Below, piece after piece: positions 18,673 through 29,420 of a stretch of DNA of 64,000 nt (its first letter is position 1; every line of letters begins with the position of its first letter). The DNA is from Mycobacterium phage prophiT49-2. The position numbers and the translations under genes are program-made. The notes under the pieces are model-generated. The model had not been told where the DNA came from. It made no database searches and saw only the letters and a list, made by a program, of their open reading frames with translations. The stretch lies in sequence record OQ417962.1. The stretch is one strand, 5' to 3'.

Positions 18673-19178
18673 CCATGTTGGAACTTCCCGACTGGTACGA
18701 GGACGATGATACCGACGCGGAAGAGCTTGTTATGAGCTATCTTTCGCGGCTCCTTGGAGAGAAGGTCAAGGTATGCACTTGGCTTCCGCCAGGTTGGTAC
18801 AGCCTTTCTCCAGGTGAGGAAGTTGGTGGTACGCAGCCCACTCTGCGGGTATGGCGACAGCCTGGACGGTTTGATCCCTCACTTCGCATGGATCAGGCAG
18901 TAATCCAGATCGCCGCTATTACGCCGACTCGCAAAGAGTCTTGGAAACTAATCCGTTTCGTCCGTCGAATGATGGATGACGAAGTGGTGACGGGACTTCC
19001 GATCACCCTGCCAGATGGCGATACAACCACGATCCGCAAGTCGGAGGAGTGGCTCGGTCCACAGCTCGTACCTGAGGAGTACGTGGACGAGAAGTTCATC
19101 CCCATCTCCTTCAAGATCTCGCTCCGCGAGCCCGAAGGGCTGCCGAAGTACCGGCAGATCATCAAATCGCTTCCCTAA
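18669..19178 (+). CDS. tail terminator / tail component
   Basis: Synteny. Confidence 0.45.
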   Translation: MTMLELPDWYEDDDTDAEELVMSYLSRLLGEKVKVCTWLPPGWYSLSPGEEVGGTQPTLRVWRQPGRFDPSLRMDQAVIQIAAITPTRKESWKLIRFVRRMMDDEVVTGLPITLPDGDTTTIRKSEEWLGPQLVPEEYVDEKFIPISFKISLREPEGLPKYRQIIKSLP

Positions 19179-19196
19179 CAAGGACATCTCTAGCTC

Positions 19197-20090
19197 ATGG
19201 CTGATTTTGAGACCATTCGCGACGCGAACAACGATCTCATCCGTGCAAACATGCACTTCGCGATCCTGTTCGATGACATGGACAACCCCGCTGTCGCGAC
19301 TCTCGAGGATCTAGTTACCGGCGACCTTGACGTGCCCGCGACCGCCGAGTCTGCAGGCATGATCGAGAAGAAGGCCGGTGTCTCGATCACCCACAACATC
19401 GATTCGACTGACATCGAGTCCTACGGTGACGCGGAGCCTGCGCGCACCATCATCTCCAAGCGCACCGTTCAGTTCGAGGCTGAGTTCCTTGAGACCAAGA
19501 AGGTTGTGCTGGAGAAGTTCTGGGGAACTGTCTTCGATAGCACCAACCTCGAGGTATCGCCCGGTGGTGGTGTGACCCTGAAGGCTCCCACGCTGCCGCG
19601 CAACATCTTCTACCGCGCCTACCTGGTTGCCAGCGATGACGTGAACGGTGAGGATCTCTTCGCCTACTACATCATGCCGCGTACCAAGCTGGTGAAGGTC
19701 GACAACCAGGACAGCAAGGACGATGGAGCAGTCACCTACAAGATGACGTTCCAGGCCTTCCGCGACAAGGAAATGGGCTTCTCGGTCCTTCAGGGTTGGT
19801 GCGGACCTGGCTGGCTACGCCTGGTTGATAAGACTGGCTTCGTGGCTCCGATCGCTTCGATCACTGCGACTCCTTCGACTGCGACTGTGGCCGTGGCTGC
19901 CAACTCGCAGATCACCGTGACCGGTGATAACGGGATCAACTACACCCCGATCGCCAAGTACACCAGCTCGGCACCTACCAAGGCGTCGGTTGATAAGCAC
20001 GGCAAGGTCACTGGTGTCGCAACCGGTAGCGCGACTATTACCGCGACCTACCAGGGCAAGACCTCGACGGTGACTATCACCGTCAGCTGA
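19197..20090 (+). CDS. major tail protein with C-terminal Big_2 domain
   Basis: 297 aa before the chaperones. C-terminus SAPTKASVDKHGKVTGVATGSATITATYQGKTSTVTITVS. Confidence 0.7.
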   Translation: MADFETIRDANNDLIRANMHFAILFDDMDNPAVATLEDLVTGDLDVPATAESAGMIEKKAGVSITHNIDSTDIESYGDAEPARTIISKRTVQFEAEFLETKKVVLEKFWGTVFDSTNLEVSPGGGVTLKAPTLPRNIFYRAYLVASDDVNGEDLFAYYIMPRTKLVKVDNQDSKDDGAVTYKMTFQAFRDKEMGFSVLQGWCGPGWLRLVDKTGFVAPIASITATPSTATVAVAANSQITVTGDNGINYTPIAKYTSSAPTKASVDKHGKVTGVATGSATITATYQGKTSTVTITVS

Positions 20091-20111
20091 TCCTGGCAAT
20101 TCAATGACTTT

Positions 20112-20144
20112 CCCCGGCCCTGCGGCAGCGCTGCGGGGCTGGGG
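20112..20144 (+). terminator. GC-rich hairpin after major tail gene (possible attenuator; no U-tract)
   Basis: CCCCGGCCC...GGGCTGGGG, a 9-bp stem with one G-U pair. Confidence 0.25.
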
Positions 20145-20184
20145 ATTACCTCTGTAACAACCACTTTCGATAGGAGCAGATCAA

Positions 20185-20475
20185 GTGGCTACTGCAAAGA
20201 ACACCGATTCAGTTTGGGAGAAGCTCCAGACTGAAAATGCTATCCCTCCGCTGGAGTTCCAGGGACTAAAGTTCCTTGAGCCAACTCAGGCGCAGGTGAA
20301 CGCGTGGCGTTCCGCCCCAACGATTGAGGCCGGTGAGCGCGCCTTGTTCGGTGATCTGTACGAGGCCGTCCATGAGCTGTTCGACCCGCTGCCAAAGCAC
20401 GTGTGGGAGAACTTCAACACCCTCTACCTGCGCCACTTCTTCGGAGCGCCGGGTGATGAGGGCCTAAAAGACTAA
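20185..20475 (+). CDS. tail assembly chaperone (upstream frame, G-like)
   Basis: Position between major tail and tape measure, 96 aa. Confidence 0.65.
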   Translation: MATAKNTDSVWEKLQTENAIPPLEFQGLKFLEPTQAQVNAWRSAPTIEAGERALFGDLYEAVHELFDPLPKHVWENFNTLYLRHFFGAPGDEGLKD

Positions 20476-20924
20476 TCACGATCGTTGACCGTTACTGGTC
20501 AGCGATCTGCTGGGATTGCCAGCACCTTCTTCATTTCTCTGCATACGAGTACTTCCAGTGGGAGCCGGTTGGCGATGGCCGATGGCGACGCAAGCGGCCC
20601 ATTGATGAGCTACTCGGATTCTTTGACACCCTGATGAATATCCAGGGCACTCTGACCAATGAGGCTGTTCTCAACGACCCGGAAACTATCGAATGGATGG
20701 GGTCTCGTAAGGACAGCGATGACGGTCCCAACAAGGTACGCATCTTCGGGCATACCGAAGATATCGCGTGGCTGAAGCGCCTCGTTGAGGTGCAGATCGG
20801 TAAGTCCTTGCCGGGTCCTGTCATTCCGGGCCTCGAATTGCGTCTCCAGCGGAAGTTGATCAAAACCAAGAACGCTGTCGAGCGCGCGCAGCAGCGCAAT
20901 CGCGAACGGACACAGCGTCAATAG
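20460..20924 (+). CDS. tail assembly chaperone -1 frameshift extension (G-T-like fusion product of 20185..20924)
   Basis: The -1 frame is open from ~20460 to 20924 and overlaps the end of the upstream chaperone. Candidate slip region CCUAAAAGAC at 20463-20472 is not a canonical XXXYYYZ heptamer. Confidence 0.5.
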   Translation, partial: GPKRLITIVDRYWSAICWDCQHLLHFSAYEYFQWEPVGDGRWRRKRPIDELLGFFDTLMNIQGTLTNEAVLNDPETIEWMGSRKDSDDGPNKVRIFGHTEDIAWLKRLVEVQIGKSLPGPVIPGLELRLQRKLIKTKNAVERAQQRNRERTQRQ

Positions 20925-20937
20925 TCCAGGAGACTAA

Positions 20938-23900
20938 ATGGCTGCCACCCTAGTGGGTGAGGCCGCAATCCGCATTGTCCCTACTCTGCGTGGGTTCAAG
21001 ACTGAGGCGGATCGCCGCCTCAATGCGATGAAGTTCGATCACATCAAGATCGAATTTGACCCGCAGCTCGGCAAGGCCGAAGCAGAAGTACAGGCTTGGC
21101 GTCAGCGCCAGGAACTGAATGCGGTTTCGATCCCCGTCCGGGCAGATCTCCAGACGTTCCGTCGCGACCTTTCGCAGGTTGAGCACATCTTCAAGCGGAA
21201 CTCTCTTTCTAAGGCACTTCGCCTAAACATCAAGGTAATTGGGCTCGACGCCCTACCGGCTCTTGCGTATGCGGCTGGTAGCGCAACGTCGGGCCTAGAC
21301 GCGTTGGCTAAGAGCGCCTTTGCTCTTCCTGGCCTACTTGGCGGTGCACTGGCATCGGTTGGCGCGCTTGCTGTTGGACTCAATGGTGTTGGCGCTGCTT
21401 TCAAGGCCTATTCGGCAGACTCCAAGGACGCAACGACTCGTGCGCGTGAGATCGCCACTGCGAACCGCAATGTGGAGAGCTCGTATCGCTCGTATCGCAT
21501 GGCTGTTCGCGACACTATCCGCGAGATTCAGGACCTGAATGCGGAGAACCGTCGTTCGTCTCTAAATGTGGCGGATGCCGTTCTGTCCGTGCAGGAGGCT
21601 GCTGACCGTATTCGTGAGGGTGGTCAGCGTTCGCTTACTGAGTTGAAGCGTGACCAGCTTTCGTACCTGCAGGCACTGGATCACCTGCAGGAGGTTCAGA
21701 CCAAGGCGCAAAGGACTGCGCAGGATGCCGCTGACGCGAACGCTCAGGGCGTAGAAGGCGCGGATCGGGTACTTGATGCCCTCGACCAGATTGCGAAGAA
21801 CACAGAGGCTCTCAGCGCCTCGAAGATCTCAGAGGTAGATAAGGCGCTCGGCCAGCTGTCGCCGAATATGCGCAAGACCGTTGAGGCAGTCCATGGGCTA
21901 TCGGGTGCATGGCATGAACTTCAGCAGAGCTCTCAGGACGCGCTTAGCGAGGGCCTCGACGTAGCGATCACGGAGCTAGGCCAGAAGGCCCTGCCGGGAC
22001 TGTCCATCGGAATCCGTCGCACCGCAAGCGGAATCAACGCTGCCCTGAGGAGCGCGCTGTCCTCTGTCGGCGGCAACGCCAACCAGGGATTGATGTCTGC
22101 GATCTTCGGCAACACTGACATCTTCTGGCGCAACATGGCCCGGGGAATGGACCCACTGATCAGTGGCTTCACCCGGTTGACCAAGGAGTCCTCGGACTTC
22201 CTGCCACGCATTGGTAATGCGTTCTCTTCGGTCTTCGATCGCTTCGATCGGTTCACCAAGCGAGTTTCCACTGACGGTTCGCTAGACCGCTGGATTGACT
22301 CAGGTCTGAAGGCTATCGGTGACCTCGGCAACTCGCTGTTGAATATCGGCGGGATCGTCTCCTCGGTGGCCGCTGCCTTCGACAAGGCTTCCGGTCACAA
22401 GGGCGGATTCATCTCCTCGTTGGCCGATGGGACGAAGAAGCTTGACGACTTCCTGAAGTCCACGCGTGGCCAGAACATGCTGGCGAAGTACTTCGGTGAG
22501 GCTCGCGACTTCATTGATCGCCTCTGGGATGCGTTGAAGCGTGTCAAGGGTGGTATCGGTGATGCGGTAGAGGCTGCACGCGAATGGTCGGCAGCGATGC
22601 TTGGAACCCTCGGTGTATTCATCAGCTCCGCGAGGTGGATTGAGCAGCACACGCATGCGCTCTCCACCCTGCTGAAGGTCTATCTGACGTACCGCACGGT
22701 CAAGCCCATTCTTGAGGGGCTCACTGGGGCGTGGAAGAACTACAACAAGGTTGTTGAGGCCGCTGCACGTTTCGAGGGGACTCGCAACATCCCTGGCGTT
22801 CAGGCTACGGCGCGCAACCTTCGTGTTGCCAAGGGCGAGGAGCTTCCTGGTCTCTCGAGCCGTCAGGCGCGTGAGGAGGCCCTGCGCTTCGGTGAGGCTG
22901 TAGACCGCGCAGGTAACCGGTATGACGCTTTCGGTCGCAAGGTCAAAGAGGTTGAGCCCAAGCTCACTGCGACTACTACTGCGGCAGGCAACGCTCGCAA
23001 GGGCATCAACGATGTTGGTGATGCTGCCACGCGTGCGGGGGAGAAGATCGGCGGGGCCGGTAGGGCTTCGATGCTCACCCGTGTTGGTGCGCTCGCCGGG
23101 GCCCTGTTCGGACCGCTGGCACTCACCGCTGCCGTAGGCGGCGCGATCATTGCCATCGATAAGCTCGGAGAGTCTCACCGCAAGGCTGCCGAAGACGCTG
23201 ATAGGCAGAGGGTTGCCCTCGATGGCCTGAAGGGTGCTATTGACGACGTCACTGGCAACCTCAACGCGCAGGGTGTAACCGAGACCGCCAAGAGCGCCCA
23301 GAAGTACGCCATCCCCGGCCTGGGGGATAGGAACCTCTTTGAGGATGCTCGTCGCTCCAACTTGGTTCAGAGCGATGCACAGCTTCTTGCGGCGATGCTC
23401 CCTGGTAACGACGCACAGCGCAGTCAGCTCCTTGGCGCTGGCCAGGAGCAGCTGAAGTCGATTATCGGTTCGAGCGAGGTCTGGCGTGGTGACGCCGACC
23501 TGTGGAACGAGCGCGGCATTGACCTTGACACTTTCGTGGCCGGTCTGCGTGGTGACCAGAAGGCCAAGGAGAAGGTTGACAAGGCATATAACGATATTCT
23601 CCAGAGCCACAACATCTTTCCATGGATGCCTGCCGCTGTTAACACGCCTCGCATTTCTGCTGGACAGGCCACTGGAGCTATCCCGCACGATTTCACCTCG
23701 GTACTGAAGTCCACTGGGACCATCGATCTCGCGGCCCCGCTGATCGGTCTTAGCGACATCCCGAGCTCGCTGGGCCAGCATGGTGCGGACAAGCGACAGG
23801 TCAACGAGGCATCTAACGGACAGGGGCGCTTCAAGCCTGGTGGCCGTGGTGCTGCGATCTTCGGGCCCTTCGGTGGCCTGAATGACTCCTCGCACATTGC

Positions 23901-26688
23901 GATCGGTCAGGACGGTAACGGTGTAATCACTACCGACCGTGATCCGAACGTTGATGAGACGATCGGTTCGACCACAAAGGTTCGCGACGGCCAGTACGAG
24001 ACTCACCTGACTGCTGATGCCACTGCTCAGCTTCTAGATGTCCAGAAGTTCAAGGACGGCGGTCTCGTTCGGGGAATCGGTGGCCCGCGCGATGACATGA
24101 ACCTGGTTCGCGTCTCGCCATACGAGCACATCACCAATGCAGATGCCGTTAGTTACTACGGCGTCAAGCTATTTGACGACCTGAACAACAAGAGGATTCC
24201 TCGCCACTTCGGCGGTGGATTCCCGTTCGATATCCCACAGCAGCCTCCTATGCCGGTGCCGAGCCCTATCGGCCCTATTGGCGGTGGTGGTGGGATCGCG
24301 CCGATGCCTGTTGTCGCGCCTGGATTTATGCCCGAGCCAGCAGCACCCGCCCCGGCACCAGTGCCTGCCCCTGCACCTCTTCCTGCGCCTCCACCACGTC
24401 CCGCTCCTGCGCCCGACCTTCCTCCGATTGGCCCGAAGCAGACGCTAAACCCCGGTGGTGTAGCACCTTCGATCGGTAAGCCAGCCCCTCATCTAGGCGA
24501 TACGCCCGTAACACCGGGCCCTGGAGCTGATTTCAGCGTCCCGGGTGCAGACATCGCACTTGATGGCGGGGTGCCTGATATCCGCGAGCCGTACGGTATT
24601 GCGGTCGGATCCAATAGTGAAGGATTCGGCGGTCAGGGAGTCAAGTTCCCTGACTGGGTCAACCAGCTCGGCTCAGCCTTCGGGCTGAAGGCATCCACTT
24701 ATCCGGGACACCAGGAAAAGAGCGGCCTGAACAAGGGTATCGACTGGACTGGTCCTCCCGAGAACCTTCGTGCTTTCGCGGAGTACGTGAAGTCTGTTCC
24801 CGGCATGGAGCAGGTCATCTTCATGGATCCGCGTGACGGAACCAAGATCGGCGTTGATCCAGGTGATCGTGGCGCTAACCAGTCGATTGAGGACTACTAC
24901 CGCGACGACTGGGGTGGACATACCGACCACGTTCACACCCGTCAGAGCTGGTCTATTCCCTTGCCTGGTGGGCGATCGATGCTGCCGAATATCTACCAGC
25001 AGGGCGGTGGATCGGGTACGCCAAACCTTTTGGCAGCCTTGAAGACCCTGCCTGACAACATTCAGCCAGTGTCGATCGCAAAGCAGGTCGGCCAGGTCGG
25101 CCTGCAGGCGTTGGCCGGAATCTTCGGCCTTGACTTGTCGTATGTCCAGGCGGCCCAGCAGATCGGCAACTACTACCTGAGCGACGAGCCTCGGAAGAAT
25201 TCCAACCCGCTCGACAAGTTCATGGGCGCACTCAATGGATCCAACGGATCCAACTCTGGCGCTGATGTGGCCGACCAGGCTATGTCCGACTACTCAAGCG
25301 GTGTCGCGGGCTTGAGCCCTCAGTTGCAGCAGAAGCTAGCGGCCAATGGGATGTCGTTCGATCCGAGTGCATACAGCTCGGGCAAGGGTGGGGCTCCTAC
25401 GAGTGGTCTCGGACAGTCGACCACGAAGGAGCAGATCCACGCGCGCTATGGAGCGCTCATCGCACAGATCTGTGCGGCAATGGGCGTGGATCCCTCCTTG
25501 TGGCAGAAGCCCCTTGAGGAGCAGATCTGGACTGAGTCGAAGGGTGATCCGTTCTCGATCAATCCCAATGACACGGATGGCAAGGGCGGAAGGCAAACCG
25601 TCCAGGGTCTATTTAACTTCCTGCCAACCACTTTCGACTCCTACAAGGTAGAAAACATCGGGTCGGGAAGTATCAACGACCCGGTATCCCAGATCGCCGC
25701 TGCCATCAACTACACCATCAAGCGATGGGGCGTTAACAAGGACGGATCGCCAAACCAGATCGGGCGCGGTGTCGGTTTTGCCGATGGTGGCTGGGCCAAC
25801 GACTTGGCATGGCTGTCGACCGGTGAATATCGCACCAGCGGAGACGCGACCCAGTTCTATGGGCCCGCGCTGTTCGATGCGCTCAATAGCAAGAAGGTTC
25901 CACGCAACGTCGCCAAGGGATTCGCTGACGGTGGATTCCCGCTCTTCATTCCGCCTCCTCCTGCTCCTGGAGCTGGTGGCCAGACCCCTGGACCGCTAGA
26001 CCTAGATCAGCCCGAGCAGCAGCCTGCTCCCACTGTTCAGGTGCCATCTATTGGCGCAGCTGGTGCGGTCCCTTCGACCGGAGGTGCGCCGGGGCCCGGG
26101 GCGACTGCTCCCGCTCCTGACCCTGGCGCTCTTCCCCAGGTCAATGACGCTTTGACTGAGGTTGGTGGAGCTGGTGCCGCTATGGGTGCCGGTCCACAGG
26201 CGGGTGATCCAGGTGCACAGCCTGGCGCATCTCCTACCGATCAGCCAGACATGCGCGCGACCCTGGGTGCTGCACCTACCTCGCAGGAGCACAACAACCC
26301 CAGTGTCTCGGGTGCGATCAAGGGTGCTGCAGGGGCTATTGGTGGCCTAGCAGCGATGGCTGCCTCCATGGGCATCAACACCGCCGCGCCTGGCGCTGGC
26401 AGTGCCGCAGGGCAGGGGATTCAGGCCGGTTTCCAGATGGGTGGCCAGGCCATCTCTGGTGCCGTGAACATCCTGTCGTCGCTATTGGTTGGTACCGCCA
26501 CTGGTGGATCCACTCAGTCTGCCTCGGGTATCCCAATGCTGCCTTCTCGTCAGCCGCAGCAGACCGGCGTTCCGAAGTTGGTGAATGACAACCGTCAGTA
26601 CCACGTCACGAACCTTGATGAATTCAAGAGGGTTCAGGCGACCTCGGACGCGCAGGCGGCAATGCCTTACATCTCCAAGTACGGCTAA
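20938..26688 (+). CDS. tape measure protein
   Basis: 1916 aa, helical N-terminus, PAPAP repeats. Internal SLT-like segment (INDPVSQIAAAINYTIKRWG). Confidence 0.85.
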   Translation: MAATLVGEAAIRIVPTLRGFKTEADRRLNAMKFDHIKIEFDPQLGKAEAEVQAWRQRQELNAVSIPVRADLQTFRRDLSQVEHIFKRNSLSKALRLNIKVIGLDALPALAYAAGSATSGLDALAKSAFALPGLLGGALASVGALAVGLNGVGAAFKAYSADSKDATTRAREIATANRNVESSYRSYRMAVRDTIREIQDLNAENRRSSLNVADAVLSVQEAADRIREGGQRSLTELKRDQLSYLQALDHLQEVQTKAQRTAQDAADANAQGVEGADRVLDALDQIAKNTEALSASKISEVDKALGQLSPNMRKTVEAVHGLSGAWHELQQSSQDALSEGLDVAITELGQKALPGLSIGIRRTASGINAALRSALSSVGGNANQGLMSAIFGNTDIFWRNMARGMDPLISGFTRLTKESSDFLPRIGNAFSSVFDRFDRFTKRVSTDGSLDRWIDSGLKAIGDLGNSLLNIGGIVSSVAAAFDKASGHKGGFISSLADGTKKLDDFLKSTRGQNMLAKYFGEARDFIDRLWDALKRVKGGIGDAVEAAREWSAAMLGTLGVFISSARWIEQHTHALSTLLKVYLTYRTVKPILEGLTGAWKNYNKVVEAAARFEGTRNIPGVQATARNLRVAKGEELPGLSSRQAREEALRFGEAVDRAGNRYDAFGRKVKEVEPKLTATTTAAGNARKGINDVGDAATRAGEKIGGAGRASMLTRVGALAGALFGPLALTAAVGGAIIAIDKLGESHRKAAEDADRQRVALDGLKGAIDDVTGNLNAQGVTETAKSAQKYAIPGLGDRNLFEDARRSNLVQSDAQLLAAMLPGNDAQRSQLLGAGQEQLKSIIGSSEVWRGDADLWNERGIDLDTFVAGLRGDQKAKEKVDKAYNDILQSHNIFPWMPAAVNTPRISAGQATGAIPHDFTSVLKSTGTIDLAAPLIGLSDIPSSLGQHGADKRQVNEASNGQGRFKPGGRGAAIFGPFGGLNDSSHIAIGQDGNGVITTDRDPNVDETIGSTTKVRDGQYETHLTADATAQLLDVQKFKDGGLVRGIGGPRDDMNLVRVSPYEHITNADAVSYYGVKLFDDLNNKRIPRHFGGGFPFDIPQQPPMPVPSPIGPIGGGGGIAPMPVVAPGFMPEPAAPAPAPVPAPAPLPAPPPRPAPAPDLPPIGPKQTLNPGGVAPSIGKPAPHLGDTPVTPGPGADFSVPGADIALDGGVPDIREPYGIAVGSNSEGFGGQGVKFPDWVNQLGSAFGLKASTYPGHQEKSGLNKGIDWTGPPENLRAFAEYVKSVPGMEQVIFMDPRDGTKIGVDPGDRGANQSIEDYYRDDWGGHTDHVHTRQSWSIPLPGGRSMLPNIYQQGGGSGTPNLLAALKTLPDNIQPVSIAKQVGQVGLQALAGIFGLDLSYVQAAQQIGNYYLSDEPRKNSNPLDKFMGALNGSNGSNSGADVADQAMSDYSSGVAGLSPQLQQKLAANGMSFDPSAYSSGKGGAPTSGLGQSTTKEQIHARYGALIAQICAAMGVDPSLWQKPLEEQIWTESKGDPFSINPNDTDGKGGRQTVQGLFNFLPTTFDSYKVENIGSGSINDPVSQIAAAINYTIKRWGVNKDGSPNQIGRGVGFADGGWANDLAWLSTGEYRTSGDATQFYGPALFDALNSKKVPRNVAKGFADGGFPLFIPPPPAPGAGGQTPGPLDLDQPEQQPAPTVQVPSIGAAGAVPSTGGAPGPGATAPAPDPGALPQVNDALTEVGGAGAAMGAGPQAGDPGAQPGASPTDQPDMRATLGAAPTSQEHNNPSVSGAIKGAAGAIGGLAAMAASMGINTAAPGAGSAAGQGIQAGFQMGGQAISGAVNILSSLLVGTATGGSTQSASGIPMLPSRQPQQTGVPKLVNDNRQYHVTNLDEFKRVQATSDAQAAMPYISKYG

Positions 26689-26733
26689 ACACGCACTGCA
26701 GCTGCGTATTTCATTTCCATTCTACGGAAACTT

Positions 26734-27648
26734 GTGATGGACACAATCGATTACACCGCGAAGATTGAGATCTTCGGCGTGCACGGAGAGTACTTCTGTA
26801 TCTCCGGGCCCGGTAAGGGTGAGCAGGGCGTGGAGCTCATGCCCAAGCTCAAGGGGATGATCGATGCTCCGGTCAAGTCGATGTGGCTTCCGGGAGCGTA
26901 CGGACAGACGTTTGTTGACTTCCGATGGGAGCGAAGGGACGTCGTATTCACCGTCAACATCTTTGATGACGGGGGAGACCCTGAGGTTTGGCGCACAGTC
27001 GACTCCAAGTGGCGCTTCGCGTTTGACTACGTGAAGGAAGCGACCATTCGCTTCACCACCTCGGATGGTTACCGCGATTTGAGGGTTCGTCTTCTCGAAG
27101 AGCCTCGGGCATACGAGGACGGTCCTTGGGAGGGCAAGGACCCCGCGCTGTATGCCTGCAGCACTGTCGTGATGACAGTTGCTGCTGAGCTGCCGTTCTT
27201 TGTTGGACCCTCGGACTTCTACGAGTGGGACGGCGACACTGCCAGTGGCCGGACCACTTTCAAGCTTGATGTGGACTGTGACGTTCCCGTCTGGCCAAAG
27301 TGGACTCTCACCGACCAGGCGCGCTGGCGTCTGCCCGACTTCTCCTTTGGCAACGAAGAGTATGGGCGAGGCATCCAGGACTCGGGTAGAACCGTCGAAC
27401 TCCCGTACCTGCCCAAGGGCGCTGGCTGTGTTGCGAACTCAGACCCGCGAGTGCAAACCCTAATGGCAGCCAACCGTATTCATCTTCAGGGACTCTGGAA
27501 GGGTAAGGATCTTCTGTACCCGATTGCTGGCGGGACTTATAGCCGCCTCCCGGTTCAGGTAAAGGACGCTGTTGGTGGCTATCGCCTCCAGCTTGAGGTG
27601 CCCAAGTGGTACTCGCGCCCCTGGAGCCGTCCGGTGGGGGCTGTATGA
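26734..27648 (+). CDS. minor tail protein (distal tail protein-like)
   Basis: Synteny after tape measure. Confidence 0.55.
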   Translation: MMDTIDYTAKIEIFGVHGEYFCISGPGKGEQGVELMPKLKGMIDAPVKSMWLPGAYGQTFVDFRWERRDVVFTVNIFDDGGDPEVWRTVDSKWRFAFDYVKEATIRFTTSDGYRDLRVRLLEEPRAYEDGPWEGKDPALYACSTVVMTVAAELPFFVGPSDFYEWDGDTASGRTTFKLDVDCDVPVWPKWTLTDQARWRLPDFSFGNEEYGRGIQDSGRTVELPYLPKGAGCVANSDPRVQTLMAANRIHLQGLWKGKDLLYPIAGGTYSRLPVQVKDAVGGYRLQLEVPKWYSRPWSRPVGAV

Positions 27649-29375
27649 GCCTAAGGACGCTCGAGGAGATCTCGGGCATCAATGAGTCTGTCGAGGCATA
27701 TCGCCAGGAGCTGATGTGGCTTCGCATGGCAAAGCCGGTGATCTCCTTCTGGCGCAACAAGGAAGACGGATCGCCAGGCCTGGAGTACTACGGACGTGTC
27801 GATTACCGCGACACTATCAAGGCCTCGTTCCCGTTCAAGAAGAACACCTCCACTCAGGGTGTGCTTGAGCTGCGTTTCGATCACTACATCTCGGAGTGGA
27901 TGCGCTCCATTCCTGATGATCCTCACGCGCGCAAGAACGTTGTCATCCGTATCGACTTCTTCGGTGGCAAACTCCGTTGGACGGGCTTGCTTCATCACCA
28001 TGCCAAGAAGATGCGGGATGGCATGGCGTACATGGAACTAACGTTTAACGACGACCTGCAGTTCCTCCAGTTCCTTTTGGGCCCACCGAATCCGGCCCTG
28101 CCCATCCCAGTTTTCCAGTGGCCAAGGGTGCTGCCCATCCTGGGCCCTGCGAAATGGGCCTGCTCGATCATGATCCTGATCAACCTGATTCGAGTACAGG
28201 CACCGATCTATCACCTGCCAGATGATCCATTCGATTTGAGTCAGTGGCTAGGGCTATTGCCTACCGAGTGGGAAAACTGGCAGTGTCACATCAAGGCCAA
28301 TCCACTGCCGCTTGATGATTCGTCCCTGTGGACCGTCCTCGGTACCCGTATGAACCCGATCGATTCGGTAATCGCGGACGCCTTGGAGGATGCGCAGCTG
28401 ACCATCAGGTGGAGGCGCTGCTTCTCCGATGAGGGCGAGACTGAGAACGGCATTCTGTTCGTTGAAACACCAGCGAATGGCGCTTTGATCTTCGAGATCG
28501 TTGACGACAGCGGTTATTACAACCCAATCCTGGGCGGAACCTTCCTCGGCGGAACGATCGCAGATGGCATGGTCCGTTCGGTGGTGCAGTATGTCGGTGG
28601 CTTCATTGAGGACACCGCGTCAGTCATCGCAGATGATGAGACTTACCACCCGGACGAGTACTACGGGAGTGGGTGGCTTGCCACCTTGGCGCAAATGCCG
28701 TGGTTGGTCATCAGAGATTCGAGCTGGTCTCCAGTCGAGACCAGCGAGCTCACGTGGAGCCCCGCCACTGCAGTGTCTGTGGTGGTTGGTGGTGACAACC
28801 CGGCAGCAGATGCCATCGCACGTTTGATCATCGAAACCACCGGAAATATCCTGGGATACTTCCTACTTGGCGGATTCTCGTCGGCGGGAACCATCGCAGC
28901 TGACGTGATCATGCCATTCCTGGTCGGCACGATCGCCGCGTGGTTGGAGTGGAAGAACACTGGCCGCGCGAAGAACCTTGGGTGGGTGCACCTTTGGGAG
29001 CTGTACCAGCAGGGTGCCGAGAACAACTCGTGGTCGCTGTCTGCGCTGGCCGCTCTACGTGGTGGTTTCCTGGCGTCGAAGTCTGAGACCTCGCATACAC
29101 TGTCATTGAGGGGTAACTCGTGGATTATTCCGGGTGCACACTTCGCAATTGGTTCCCGTGTCGGTTCCACTAGCCGTGGATACGGTGACCGAATTTTCGT
29201 TTCCCAGGTCGAGGAGATCATTCCTTCATGGGATAACGCGTCCAATACGCCACTCAGCGTCCAGGTGAAGATCGGGCAGAACAAGGCCGCAATGTCGGTC
29301 GGTGAACGTCTCGCTCGGCTAACTAAGAAGATCAAGGACATCCTCCAGAACATCGGTGTCCACCTCATTAGTTAG
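27645..29375 (+). CDS. minor tail protein (tip/baseplate hub-like)
   Basis: Synteny. ATGA overlap at 27645. Confidence 0.55.
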   Translation: MSLRTLEEISGINESVEAYRQELMWLRMAKPVISFWRNKEDGSPGLEYYGRVDYRDTIKASFPFKKNTSTQGVLELRFDHYISEWMRSIPDDPHARKNVVIRIDFFGGKLRWTGLLHHHAKKMRDGMAYMELTFNDDLQFLQFLLGPPNPALPIPVFQWPRVLPILGPAKWACSIMILINLIRVQAPIYHLPDDPFDLSQWLGLLPTEWENWQCHIKANPLPLDDSSLWTVLGTRMNPIDSVIADALEDAQLTIRWRRCFSDEGETENGILFVETPANGALIFEIVDDSGYYNPILGGTFLGGTIADGMVRSVVQYVGGFIEDTASVIADDETYHPDEYYGSGWLATLAQMPWLVIRDSSWSPVETSELTWSPATAVSVVVGGDNPAADAIARLIIETTGNILGYFLLGGFSSAGTIAADVIMPFLVGTIAAWLEWKNTGRAKNLGWVHLWELYQQGAENNSWSLSALAALRGGFLASKSETSHTLSLRGNSWIIPGAHFAIGSRVGSTSRGYGDRIFVSQVEEIIPSWDNASNTPLSVQVKIGQNKAAMSVGERLARLTKKIKDILQNIGVHLIS

Positions 29376-29420
29376 TGCTGGCCTGCAGGCTAATTCGTGA
29401 GACAATAGAGGTAGGAGCAG

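Noticed and set aside
22300-24006. 568-aa antisense ORF inside the tape measure gene, and other long minus-strand ORFs (23424-23897, 28661-29368, 13732-14571)
   Set aside because: These are typical high-GC antisense open frames opposite well-supported structural genes, with no independent coding evidence.
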